The notes beneath the pieces are model-generated. The model was not told the origin of the DNA and did not search any database. It worked only from the letters and a program-made list of their open reading frames with translations. From the NCBI GenBank assembly GCA_963977015.1, contig CAXBMO010000005.1:32001-96000 (forward strand): a DNA stretch of 64,000 nucleotides, given 5' to 3'. The position numbers and the translations under genes are program-made. The stretch is from an uncultured bacterium. Lineage in GTDB: Bacteria; Verrucomicrobiota; Verrucomicrobiia; Verrucomicrobiales; DEV007. Positions 19,011 through 29,300 of the stretch are shown here, in pieces; position 1 is the stretch's first letter, and every line of letters begins with the position of its first letter.

Positions 19011-20099
19011 CTACTTGGAAGCCGTCAGAAGGACATCCAGACTTACAAATTTGTCAGGCCCCCTCCGAACTTTCACGGGAACGGTGTCTCCAATTCTCCG
19101 CTTATCCAAGGCCTTGTAGAGATCTTCTGACCCTTGAATCTTTCGACCATCAACTTCGACCACGAGATCTCCAAGCTGCACTTGGCCCCTGTTATCCCGG
19201 GTCGTCCCCCGAATCCCGGCCTTTGCTGCGCCACTTCCCGGGACCACTTCCATCACCAAAACCCCATCAATCCCCTGGCGACGAAGAACCGCATCATTCG
19301 CAATTTCGATCCCCAAAACCGGCTTAATGACCCGCCCAAACTCGATCAGTTGCGGAACGATCCGGTTCACAACATTGACCGGCACGGCAAACCCAACGCC
19401 GGCATAGGCTCCGGAAGGGCTGAAAATCGCGGTATTCACCCCAATCACCCGCCCAGAACTGTCCAGCAACGGTCCACCGGAGTTCCCCGGATTGATCGCC
19501 GCATCGGTCTGAATCACATCTTCAATCGTCCGTTTGGTAACCGCTTCAATTTCGCGCCCCAATCCACTAATCACGCCGGTCGTGAGGGTCTGGTCCAAGC
19601 CGAACGGGTTTCCGATCGCAAAGACGCTTTGTCCAACGCGCAGATCGCTCGACGTCCCCACATGAATCGGACGCAACTTCTCTTTCGGGGCATCGATCTT
19701 GAGAACTGCCAGGTCCTTGTCAGGTTCAGCGCCAACGAGCTTCGCATTCCAAGTCGATTGATCACTTAAAATCACCTTCGCCGCGTTCGCGTCTTTGATG
19801 ACGTGATAATTGGTAACGACGTGCCCTTGCTGATCCCAAATGAATCCTGTTCCGGTCCCCGCTGGGATCTTGGTGAGGTTCAACGTAAAAAAGTCGCGCC
19901 GAACCGCAATGCTCTCGATGTGAACGACGGAGGGCGAGGTGGTCTCAAAAAGGTTAATTGTCGCGATCTCTGATGGATACAGATCGGCCCGCGGCGAAAT
20001 CTCCCGAGGTTGCCCCTGCCCCATCAACCAAAGTGTTCCCAGGAGGATGGCGGAGGAAAATCCCAGAACGGCGGCCCAATTTCGGCGAATGAGTTTCAT
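19011..20099 (-). CDS. HtrA/DegQ-family trypsin-like serine protease with one PDZ domain
   Basis: GTGF, TNYHV, DLAVL, QTDAAINPGNSGGP and a C-terminal PDZ domain. N-terminal anchor from MKLIRR. Confidence 0.93.
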   Translation of the reverse strand: MKLIRRNWAAVLGFSSAILLGTLWLMGQGQPREISPRADLYPSEIATINLFETTSPSVVHIESIAVRRDFFTLNLTKIPAGTGTGFIWDQQGHVVTNYHVIKDANAAKVILSDQSTWNAKLVGAEPDKDLAVLKIDAPKEKLRPIHVGTSSDLRVGQSVFAIGNPFGLDQTLTTGVISGLGREIEAVTKRTIEDVIQTDAAINPGNSGGPLLDSSGRVIGVNTAIFSPSGAYAGVGFAVPVNVVNRIVPQLIEFGRVIKPVLGIEIANDAVLRRQGIDGVLVMEVVPGSGAAKAGIRGTTRDNRGQVQLGDLVVEVDGRKIQGSEDLYKALDKRRIGDTVPVKVRRGPDKFVSLDVLLTASK

Positions 20100-20249
20100 G
20101 AAGTTCAAATCTGACGTTGTTGGACGTGTTCGCAATCGAACCTAGATCGATTTTTCGCAAGAAACCACGTCCAATATTCGTATGAACCTTTGACTGGCCA
20201 ACCTCGGTTTTCGTATCTATCCTAGTCGGTCGCCCCCAAACGTTCGCTT

Positions 20250-23200
20250 ATGGATCGCAATTTAAATCCAGGAGATTCGGACAAATTGTCCAAGTCCTTG
20301 CCTGATGAGGCGCTGGAATTACCGCCCAACCTGAAGGCTCGACTGGAGCGCTTTAGACGATCGGTTTGGACGGTGAAGCTCGCGGAGGGTATTCTCGCCG
20401 GAATATTCGGCCTCACACTGTCCTACCTTTTCGTCTTCGTTCTCGATCGGTTTTGGAACACTCCCTCGACCATACGCGCCTTCATTCTGGTCGCGGGCGC
20501 ATCGGGATTCGGCTTCTGGTTTCCCACCAAATGCCATCGCTGGGTTTGGGAACAACGCAACCTGGAACAAGCCGCACGATTGCTTCGCCACAAGTTCCGT
20601 CGGCTTGGTGACCAGCTTCTCGGCATCGTTGAACTCGCCAAACATAAGTCTGGCTCGGAAACGCTGATCAAGGCCGCGTTCCAGCAAGCGGACGAAAAAA
20701 TTGGCGATCGAGACTTTGCTCAAGCGGTGCCCAATCCCAATCATTGGAAATGGGCCGTTGCATCAGGATTGATTATCGGTGTGTCGATCGCGGCCATCGT
20801 CGCCGTGCCTAAGGCGGGAAAAAACGCGGGAGCCCGGTGGTTTCAACCTTGGAAAAAGACCGAGCGATATACCTTCGCCCAGCTCGACAACGTTCCCAAG
20901 AAAATGATTGTTCCCTACGCTGAACCCTTCGACATGAAGGTGAATCTCAGCGAAGAGAGCGACTGGAAGCCAGAAACCGGACGCGCCCGCTTTCTCGACC
21001 AGGAACCGGTTGAAGTTGCGCGTGAGGGCGAAGCGTTTTCCTTCTCGATCTCCGGGCGAAAAGAAATCGCAAATCTCAAGCTGGCGGTCGGGGATGACCG
21101 CGAAAGTGTCGAAATTCAGCCGACTCCCCGTCCGGAACTGACGTCCATCACCGCGACCGTTCGCTTGCCCGACTATTTGCGCTACAACTACGAGCCTTCG
21201 ATCGAGGTTCGCGATGGAACCATCTCGGTGTTGAAGGGAAGCGAAACGACGTTTCGGGCCGAGGCATCCCGCCCCCTCGCAATGGCAGAGATGAACGGCG
21301 ACACTCTAAACGTGCGTTCCAACAAGATGGAAACGGAGCCACTCTTTGTCTCAGAATCCCAACAGCACAGACTCACGTGGCGGGATGATTTGGGCTTGAC
21401 GGCCAAGGAGCCTCTTTCGCTTCGCATCAATGCAATTGAAGATGCGAAACCCAATGTCGTCGCGAAAATGGAGCATCGGGAACAGGTCGTTTTGGTCGAT
21501 GAAACCGTGCAATTTGACATTAAGGTCGACGACGACTTCGGAGTTCGCGAAACCGGCCTGATGTGGTCCGGCAGCCTCTTTCAACAAGGGAGAGATCCCC
21601 AGATGGGCGCAAAAGTGGTAGCGGCAGGTGCGCCGGAACGAAAAACGATCGAAACCACCGCAACTTTCAATCCCCAGCGCGAACGGGTAAAACCACAGAC
21701 GATTCAACTGGTCGCCTACGCTCAGGATTATCTGCCCGGTCGGGCACCTGCGCTCTCCCGCCCCTTCATTCTGCACATTCTCGGCACGGATCAACACGCC
21801 CTCTGGATCACGGATCAGATCGGGAAGTGGTTTCGCCAGGCCCAGGAAGTCTACGAACGCGAAAAACAACTTCACGCAGCCAACCAGGAGTTGCGCAGGC
21901 TCTCGGCAGAAGAACTCGACGAGGCAAAAACTCGCCAACGAATTCAGGCCCAGGCCCAGGCGGAAGCCAACAATGGAAAGCGACTTCAGAATCTGACCGA
22001 AGCTGGCAAAGAAATTGCTGAACAGGCGACTCGAAATCGCGACTTCGATGCGGAACGCCTTGAGAAATTTGCCGAAATGCTGGAGCAGCTTAAAAACATT
22101 GCCGAAAACCGGATGCCATCCGTTTCCGAGATGCTGAAAGATGCGGCGAGTGCTCCTCCACAACAACCCGATTCCCAAAAATCGGAACCCGGCAAACCTT
22201 CCGAGTCCGATCCTCAACTCGCTCAAAATGCTCCCAAACCCGGGGAACAAGGCGAAAACAAGCCCGGGGAGAGCCCCAAGGGTCCGCAGATGGAGAACAA
22301 GCCGGAGGACAATTGGCTCAAGCCTGTGGATCCCGATCCCAATGCTCCCAAGCCTCCATCCGGTGGTTCCGGCGGCCTTGGGCTTCCCTCCACCAGTCTG
22401 GGCGCTGTGCCCACGGAGAAAAAGGCTCCAGCGCCTTCGCCTGCTCAGGAAGCCACTGAAGACGCGGTCGTCGAGCAATCCGGTCTTCTGGAAGAGTTCG
22501 CCAAAATTTCCGACGAACTGAAGCAACTGCTGAGCAAGTTGGAGGGCAGCACGTTCGTGAAACGGCTCAAAGCTGCCTCGCGCGCTCAAATCTCCGTGGC
22601 GAGTGACCTCAACGAAACCCTCAATGGCGTCTTTGGGATGCCCGATCGCCAGGTTACGGACGATGTGCGCTCACGGGCGGAAGTCATCGCAGACCGCCAG
22701 ATTGAGCAAAGCGAAACCATCCATACGATCCAGCAGGATCTCCAAGCCTATTTCCATCGGAAGCAGGACCTTCGCTACAAGAAAATCCTCGATCAAATGC
22801 GCGAAACCAGCGTCGTTTCTGAAATTCGGGAGATTGGGGATGCAGTGCGCGTGAATCAAAACGGCCTTTCGATCGCAGCGGCAGAATATTGGGCTGATGC
22901 GCTGGATTGCTGGGCCGAGGAAATGGTTCCCGCCCCGGAGGCCGGCCAACCGGGTGGTCCGCCCCAGGATGCAGACAGCCTTCCTCCAGAGATTGTGCTG
23001 AAGGTGATGCAAGTCCTTCATGATGAAATCAAGCTCCGTGAAGAAACCCGAGAGTTGGAGAACGCGAAACCCGCGCTGGATTCCGACGACTATTCGGACC
23101 GGGCGGAAGGATTGACCGACACTCAGCGCGATCTCCGCGACCGCACGTACGGGGCTTTGCGAAGCATCGAGTCGCTCCCTTTCGGCCCTCGCCGCTTTGA

Positions 23201-23573
23201 AAAGCCGATCAAGCTGCTGACCGCTGTAGCAGAAGTCATGGGCGAAGCGCGCAACATTCTCGCCAAGCCCGACACCGGTGAAGAAGCGGTTGCCGCCCAG
23301 ACCGAAGCCATCGAGTTGCTGCTCCAGACTCGCCGCTCCGATCCCAATGGGGGCGGTGGTGGCGGAGGCGGAAGCCCTGGAGGAGGTGGCGCGGGAGGCG
23401 CCAGCACACGTTCGGCTCTGGCTGGGCTGGGGCCGGGTGCAGACGAAGGAACCAATGTCGAAGATCGCGATGTCGACCAGAGCACGGGCCGCGACGGCCG
23501 TAAGTTCCCCGAAGAATTTCGGTCTGGTCTTGATGCCTACTTTAACGAATTGGAACGCGGAGCCGGTAGTTAG
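20250..23573 (+). CDS. Large membrane-anchored coiled-coil protein (DUF4175-like architecture)
   Basis: Three N-terminal TM segments, beta-rich region with P.Y and DDFG motifs, long helical/coiled-coil region, Pro/Gly-rich linkers, C-terminal PEEFR..LDAYF. Confidence 0.75.
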   Translation: MDRNLNPGDSDKLSKSLPDEALELPPNLKARLERFRRSVWTVKLAEGILAGIFGLTLSYLFVFVLDRFWNTPSTIRAFILVAGASGFGFWFPTKCHRWVWEQRNLEQAARLLRHKFRRLGDQLLGIVELAKHKSGSETLIKAAFQQADEKIGDRDFAQAVPNPNHWKWAVASGLIIGVSIAAIVAVPKAGKNAGARWFQPWKKTERYTFAQLDNVPKKMIVPYAEPFDMKVNLSEESDWKPETGRARFLDQEPVEVAREGEAFSFSISGRKEIANLKLAVGDDRESVEIQPTPRPELTSITATVRLPDYLRYNYEPSIEVRDGTISVLKGSETTFRAEASRPLAMAEMNGDTLNVRSNKMETEPLFVSESQQHRLTWRDDLGLTAKEPLSLRINAIEDAKPNVVAKMEHREQVVLVDETVQFDIKVDDDFGVRETGLMWSGSLFQQGRDPQMGAKVVAAGAPERKTIETTATFNPQRERVKPQTIQLVAYAQDYLPGRAPALSRPFILHILGTDQHALWITDQIGKWFRQAQEVYEREKQLHAANQELRRLSAEELDEAKTRQRIQAQAQAEANNGKRLQNLTEAGKEIAEQATRNRDFDAERLEKFAEMLEQLKNIAENRMPSVSEMLKDAASAPPQQPDSQKSEPGKPSESDPQLAQNAPKPGEQGENKPGESPKGPQMENKPEDNWLKPVDPDPNAPKPPSGGSGGLGLPSTSLGAVPTEKKAPAPSPAQEATEDAVVEQSGLLEEFAKISDELKQLLSKLEGSTFVKRLKAASRAQISVASDLNETLNGVFGMPDRQVTDDVRSRAEVIADRQIEQSETIHTIQQDLQAYFHRKQDLRYKKILDQMRETSVVSEIREIGDAVRVNQNGLSIAAAEYWADALDCWAEEMVPAPEAGQPGGPPQDADSLPPEIVLKVMQVLHDEIKLREETRELENAKPALDSDDYSDRAEGLTDTQRDLRDRTYGALRSIESLPFGPRRFEKPIKLLTAVAEVMGEARNILAKPDTGEEAVAAQTEAIELLLQTRRSDPNGGGGGGGGSPGGGGAGGASTRSALAGLGPGADEGTNVEDRDVDQSTGRDGRKFPEEFRSGLDAYFNELERGAGS

Positions 23574-23585
23574 TCGTATTGCTGA

Positions 23586-24479
23586 ATGAATCACCTTCCC
23601 CCAGTCTCAACACCACCTCGCGAGCGGATCCTGACCTGGCTACTGAGTTTCGTCTTTCTGGCATCCCCTCTGGTTTGGGGACAGGCACCGCCCTTTCTCT
23701 CCCCCCCTCCAGATGCCGAAACGGAAGCAAATGAGGAGGGAGACGAACTTTCCCCGGAAGACAAGATCAACCAGTATCTTCAACGATTGGCCGAAACTCA
23801 AAAAGAGGAACGCCTCAAGCGAATGAGCGCCGTGATCGGGGATATTGATCGCGTTTGCCAACTGAGCGACGAGCAAAAGAAAGTCCTGAACCTCGCGGCC
23901 AAGGGAGCCACTGACAAAGGCTTGGATGGCTGGAGAACGCGAATGGATGCGTGGGTTCGGGATCGCGCCCGCCATTCCGACCAAGACATCGACGAGTTCT
24001 TGTCCGGCGTGGGAAATGTCCGCTTTGGGGAATCCAGGCAATGGGCACCTGAGCGTCAGGCAATCTGGACGAATTCCCTCAAAGAAACCCTGACCAATCC
24101 CCAACGAGAAGCTTATTGGAATGATCTGAAAGCGCGATTGGCCTTTAAGCACGAATCCATGGCTCGCGTCATCGTCGCCGATTTGGATCGTCATCTGAAG
24201 TTTTCGGCAGAACAACGCAGCATGGTGCTGACCAAGATGATTGCTTCATCCGAGAAGTATTGGGAGCGACTGGAAGAATGGTCGGGAGACGAAGACAATC
24301 TACCGCTCTACCAGATGGGTGCTCTTGTCGGAGCGATCAGCAATGACGAGCTGAAAACCATTCTCAACGAAAACCAATTGGATGGCTGGCAACGATACTT
24401 CGCCCGGCATTCCGGCGTCTGGGACACGATCCGGGGACGTCCCGAACCTCAGTTGGATCACCTTTTCCTTGCGCCTTAG
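23586..24479 (+). CDS. Secreted helical hypothetical protein (LTxxQ-like repeats)
   Basis: Signal-like N-terminus and repeats LSDEQ, LTNPQ, FSAEQ, LNENQ. Confidence 0.75.
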   Translation: MNHLPPVSTPPRERILTWLLSFVFLASPLVWGQAPPFLSPPPDAETEANEEGDELSPEDKINQYLQRLAETQKEERLKRMSAVIGDIDRVCQLSDEQKKVLNLAAKGATDKGLDGWRTRMDAWVRDRARHSDQDIDEFLSGVGNVRFGESRQWAPERQAIWTNSLKETLTNPQREAYWNDLKARLAFKHESMARVIVADLDRHLKFSAEQRSMVLTKMIASSEKYWERLEEWSGDEDNLPLYQMGALVGAISNDELKTILNENQLDGWQRYFARHSGVWDTIRGRPEPQLDHLFLAP

Positions 24480-24488
24480 CAATCAGGA

Positions 24489-25277
24489 ATGACATCGCCT
24501 CACCTCAACTTCTTGCTCGTGATCTCTTGGCTGACTTTAACAGTTGGCCTTAAGGGAGAAGATCCAATTGTGCTCGAAGGGCTCGATTTGGACATCATCC
24601 TGGATGGAAGCCCATTCGATGGTGAAAAACCTTCCAATGAGACGATGCGCCCCCTCAAGCTCGCCACTGAAGATGCGCGTCGAGAGATGCTCAGCTACAT
24701 GAAGGGCCAAATTGCCGACTTGGAGACGGCCTGCAATTTGAGTAGTCAGCAAAAACGCCGCCTTACAACTGCGGCAAAAGGGGCCATCGACTCATCCATG
24801 GAACAGTGGGTACGAAAAATTGAGAGCTGGGGATGGATCGAGAGGAGCGGACGGCTCGACCGCGACACTGCCCGCAGATTCCTCACCAACGTTGGTGCGT
24901 CGGAGTCCGCCGTGATTCGGAACAAGATCTGGATTGATGCCGTTGAGTCGACACTCAGCCCGTCGCAACAAGCTCAACGCAGTTCGGTTCTCAGCCAGCG
25001 AGCGATCAGCAAACGCAAAAACGCCGTCCAAATGGCGGCCAATCGACTGGGGGAAGAACTCGACTTGAATCCTGATCAACTGAAACTGGTCACCCAACTG
25101 ATGGATGAAAAAATTGGCCGGCGACTTGCCCGACAGGAGAATCCCCCGGAGAGCGTCATCGCCTTCGCACGATTTCTCCCACTCGATGACCTGAAAACGA
25201 TCCTGAATGAGGACCAATTTCAACAATGGGAGCAATTTCTGGAACATGCTCCTGAAAACGAACCTGTCGGATTTTGA
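24489..25277 (+). CDS. Secreted helical hypothetical protein, paralog of the preceding gene
   Basis: Shares C.LS..Q...L..AAKGA.D and LKTILNE.Q...W with 23586..24479. Confidence 0.75.
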   Translation: MTSPHLNFLLVISWLTLTVGLKGEDPIVLEGLDLDIILDGSPFDGEKPSNETMRPLKLATEDARREMLSYMKGQIADLETACNLSSQQKRRLTTAAKGAIDSSMEQWVRKIESWGWIERSGRLDRDTARRFLTNVGASESAVIRNKIWIDAVESTLSPSQQAQRSSVLSQRAISKRKNAVQMAANRLGEELDLNPDQLKLVTQLMDEKIGRRLARQENPPESVIAFARFLPLDDLKTILNEDQFQQWEQFLEHAPENEPVGF

Positions 25278-26311
25278 TGAAGAATTTTTGGATTACCTTC
25301 ATCGTTAGCTCGTTTTTCTTCCTGAATTTGGCAAACGCTCAGAGCCCATTGATCCGCTACGGTTCCAAGGTTCCCGCCGAGGTCGAAACCATTTACGAAC
25401 GCGGACTTGGTTGGCTGGTTCAGAACCAGGGGGAAAGTGGAAGTTGGGAAGGTGATGGAGAACACGGCATTACCGGCATGTGCGTCATGGCGATGATGGC
25501 GAGTGGTCAGGATCCCAATTTTGGCCGCTACAGCACTCCAATTCGACGCGCCATACGCCACATGATCATGGGCCAGGATCCCAAAACCGGCTATCTTGGC
25601 GACAGCATGTATCATCATGGTTTTGCCATGCTGGGATTGTCCGAGGCCTACGGCGCGGTGGATGACACGCTCATTTGGGAAGGAAGTGAAGATCAAAATC
25701 GGAGACGAAGCATTGGTGAAGCACTGGAATTGGCGGTGAGCTGCGCTGCCATTTCTCAAAAGAACAATCGCTGGGGCGGCTGGCGGTATTCTCCCGAGTC
25801 CAGCGATGCAGATACCTCCGTGACCGGGGCGGTGTTGATGGGGTTGCTCGCGGCTCGCAACGCAGGGTTGGAAGTCCCGGATGAGGTGGTGGAAAAGGCG
25901 CTTGGCTACTTTAAACAAAGCACCGGCCCAACGGGGATGGTGGCCTACACCGGCGGCTTGGGCGGGATGGGCGAATCGATGAACCGCTCAGCCATCGGTG
26001 CCCTTGTCTATGCGGTCGGGAGGAAGAAGGAGTGGCCGGAATATGGCGCAACGCTGAAGCACATCACGGACCGGCTCGAACATCCGGAAAGCGGCTATCC
26101 CCATTATTTTCGTTACTACATGGCTCAGGCTCTGTTTCAGGGCAATTTCGAGGCTTGGGAAAGCTGGAATCGGGAAACCGCCCGTCTTCTCAGCCAAACG
26201 CAGCAGGAAGACGGCAGTTTTCCTGGCAGCCACGGAGATGCGTATGGAACTGCGATGTCCATGCTCGCACTCGCCCTCAACTACCGCCTCTTACCCATTT
26301 ACGAGCGATGA
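25274..26311 (+). CDS. Secreted prenyltransferase/squalene-cyclase-repeat (alpha/alpha barrel) protein
   Basis: QW-like repeats (WL..NQGESGSW, GGWRY, QQEDGSF), MYHHGFA, DTSVT, C-terminal LPIYER. Confidence 0.85.
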   Translation: MMKNFWITFIVSSFFFLNLANAQSPLIRYGSKVPAEVETIYERGLGWLVQNQGESGSWEGDGEHGITGMCVMAMMASGQDPNFGRYSTPIRRAIRHMIMGQDPKTGYLGDSMYHHGFAMLGLSEAYGAVDDTLIWEGSEDQNRRRSIGEALELAVSCAAISQKNNRWGGWRYSPESSDADTSVTGAVLMGLLAARNAGLEVPDEVVEKALGYFKQSTGPTGMVAYTGGLGGMGESMNRSAIGALVYAVGRKKEWPEYGATLKHITDRLEHPESGYPHYFRYYMAQALFQGNFEAWESWNRETARLLSQTQQEDGSFPGSHGDAYGTAMSMLALALNYRLLPIYER

Positions 26312-29300
26312 AAAACACCTTTCAAATTCATCGCACGATGCGGGAGTACGCATCCGTTGTCGCAATGGTCATCGCAGCACTGCTGCTGTGCCCGGAATCT
26401 GGGGCACAAACCACGAACCTGCCCGGGGAATTGGTTTGGACGAACGGCGACAAGCTGGTTGGGAAACTGGTGGGAGCAAGAAACGACCAGATTCATTGGA
26501 GTTCCGAGATTTTCGCGGAGCCGATCGTCCTCGACACCGCCCACCTGGAATCGATCGAGCTTTTTTCCGAAAAAGAAACCGCATCCGGTGGCCCTTTCCG
26601 AGCCAGTTTAGTCAATGGTGATGTGATCCACGGTTCACTGATTCATTTGAACGATACCTGGATCACGATGGAAAGCTCCCGCCACGGCACCATCAAGATC
26701 AAGCGCGACAGCGTGATTCATCTCCGACGACTGAACCATCCTTCCCTGATCTTTTTGGGCCCCAATGGCCGCGAAGGCTGGAGCGTGCAAAGCCGGCGCA
26801 CGAGTGTCAACTTCTGGGGAATGCGTCCCGGAGGAGGTCTCTACTCGCCCCGTTGGCGATCTGAGTTATTTCGCCGCTTGATCTACCCGGAGAAGGTTGA
26901 GGTAGAGGTCATGCTTCGTTCCAGCGAACGCCCCGAATTTACGATTGCTCTCGACCAACGACTCGATACCACCGTGCGGCTCGAAACGTGGGATGATGAG
27001 TTGGTCGTAACCCGCGGAACCGACTTTTCGCCGGTCATGACGTTAGGCAAAAACGACAGGTCGGTTCATCTTCGCTTGTTTTGGGATCGTCAGGCTGGTG
27101 AAATGTTTATCCATTCGGGGGACGGCACCCAATTGGCGCGTCTGCCGGCCAAAACGGATTCCAACTCGACAAAGAACGATGCGTTCTATCTTCTCAACAA
27201 AGGAATCGACCTGGAATTGGGCAAATTGCGCATTTCCAAATGGAATGGCCGTCCGCCGGTGAAGGTTCGAAATGACGAAGGTCACGTTCGTTTGCTCGAT
27301 GGCGAATTTGCCTACGGGGCCGTGACGGGCCTGACAGCCTCCGATGGAAGTATCACGCTTTCCGGCGGCAAACGCGTGCCGCTTGACCGCATCGACACCA
27401 TCCGTTTCAGCAATCCGGCCACGGCCACGCCCAAGCAGCAGCCCGTTGAGATGACGTTCGCGGATGGCTCCCTGCTTTCCGGGACGCTCGCCGGAATCTC
27501 GAACGGAAAAGTCCTTCTTCAAACTCCCTACACGGATCAGCCCATTCCATCCGGTCTGCAGGAAGCTCGACAATTGCGGTTCCGGAAGGATTCCGCTCCT
27601 CCGATCGATACCTCGGACCAGCTCCACACTTCCGAAAAAGTATTGCACGGCTCCATTGCGGGCGGTGCTGGCCCAAACCCGATTCGCTGGCGGCCACTGG
27701 GTGCCGTTGAGCCGGTTTCGTTGGCGCCGGGAATTCCCGCCAGGATGGTCCGAACCCGCACTCAATCCGTCGGGAACCTGGATGGTGACCGCGTTTTTCT
27801 CAGCAGTGGTGAAATTGTCTCCTGCCGGGTCGCGAGCATGAATGGAACGGAGATGAAGCTTTCCAGCAGTTTCTCAGAAATCGAGACCCTTCCGGGAAGC
27901 CAGATTCGTGCGGTTGAATTTCGCGAAGGGCGTCTGCAACTTTCAGGATTCCGGGATCGCGCTTGGACCAAAATGCCGATCGATGGCGGTAAGAGCCTGC
28001 GCGAAGCCGAGAGGCTCGTTCTCGATGGAGGCGGCATTGCTCACCCATCCATTTTGCGGGCTGACGAGATTGCGTTTGACCTGAAATGGCTCAAAACAGA
28101 GCAAGGCGGCGTCACCTTGAGCCTTTTTGCTCAGGAACTCCTCGATACCCCGGCACCGCTCGACATCAGCTTCAGTTGTTGGAGCAATCGCCTTTGGGTT
28201 GCCGGAATGGAACCAACTTTGGGCAACAATTTGGGCGGCGACGATATCAATATCGAGAACGGATATGCCCAAGTCATGATTCGGGCGACGACCGACCGGG
28301 TTTTTGTCTGGGTGAATGGCAAGCAGCTTGTGAATCTCCATTTGGACGCCAAAAAGCGACTCGGAAATGGCCTCCGAATTTGGAGCGGTGGACCGTGGTT
28401 CGAAGCCGGAGCGAAACTCAGTAGCGTCACGATTCAGAAATTTGAGGTTCGCAGCAGCACCGGACTCTTGGCGCCCCTGCGTGTTGATGACAGCGCCAAA
28501 GAACACGTTCTCGCAACCCCCAGATTTCGACGCGACAATCCCGACACTCACGTCTTGATCGCTCCGAACGGAGACCTTCTCCGGGGACGACTGGGCGACG
28601 CCAACAGCGAACAGATCGGCTTCACGTCTCGACTGAAAGAGTTTCAATTTCCGCGAGAGCGCGTCGCAGGTCTGGTTTCCCTGGAATCAAGCGATAGTAC
28701 CCTTCCCCAGTTGGAGAACGAAGCCCGCGTGGTTCTGAACGACGGAGCCGTGATTCGGCTCGTTCCAACGGAAATGAGCGCGACAATCCTCAAGGGTAAA
28801 TCTCCCAGCCTCGGCGACTGTGAGCTGCCTGTCGCCGCCATCCGCCAAATTCACCTTGCCGAAGTCGAGCCGATTCCGGATCAATTGATCTATGCCGACT
28901 GGACTCGGCAGGAACCGCGGGAACCCGTCATCCCAAAGGCCGGTGCTCCGGGAACACAATCTCAGATGATCGGCAAAGCGGCTCCTCCTTTTCGATTGCC
29001 CTTACTCTCGGGGGAAACCTTCGACCTCGAAGAGCAGCGTGGGCAGCTTGTCGTCTTGGAGTTTTGGGCCACTTGGTGCGGCCCATGTCAGGCAGCTTTT
29101 CCAGAGTATCTGGAGGCATTGGGACATTTCAATCCTGATGAGGTCCGGTTCATCACCGTCAACCAGGCGGAACCCGCCGCGATCGTGAAACCGTACCTGA
29201 AACGCCACAACTGGAATTTCGAGGTCGCTCTCGACTCTCGCGAATCAGTCGCTCGGAAATACGGAGTTCAGGGCATTCCCCACACCGTGTTGATTGATCG

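Noticed and set aside
23349-23402. G-rich low-complexity tract
   Set aside because: It encodes the poly-Gly linker of the large coiled-coil protein and is not an independent repeat.
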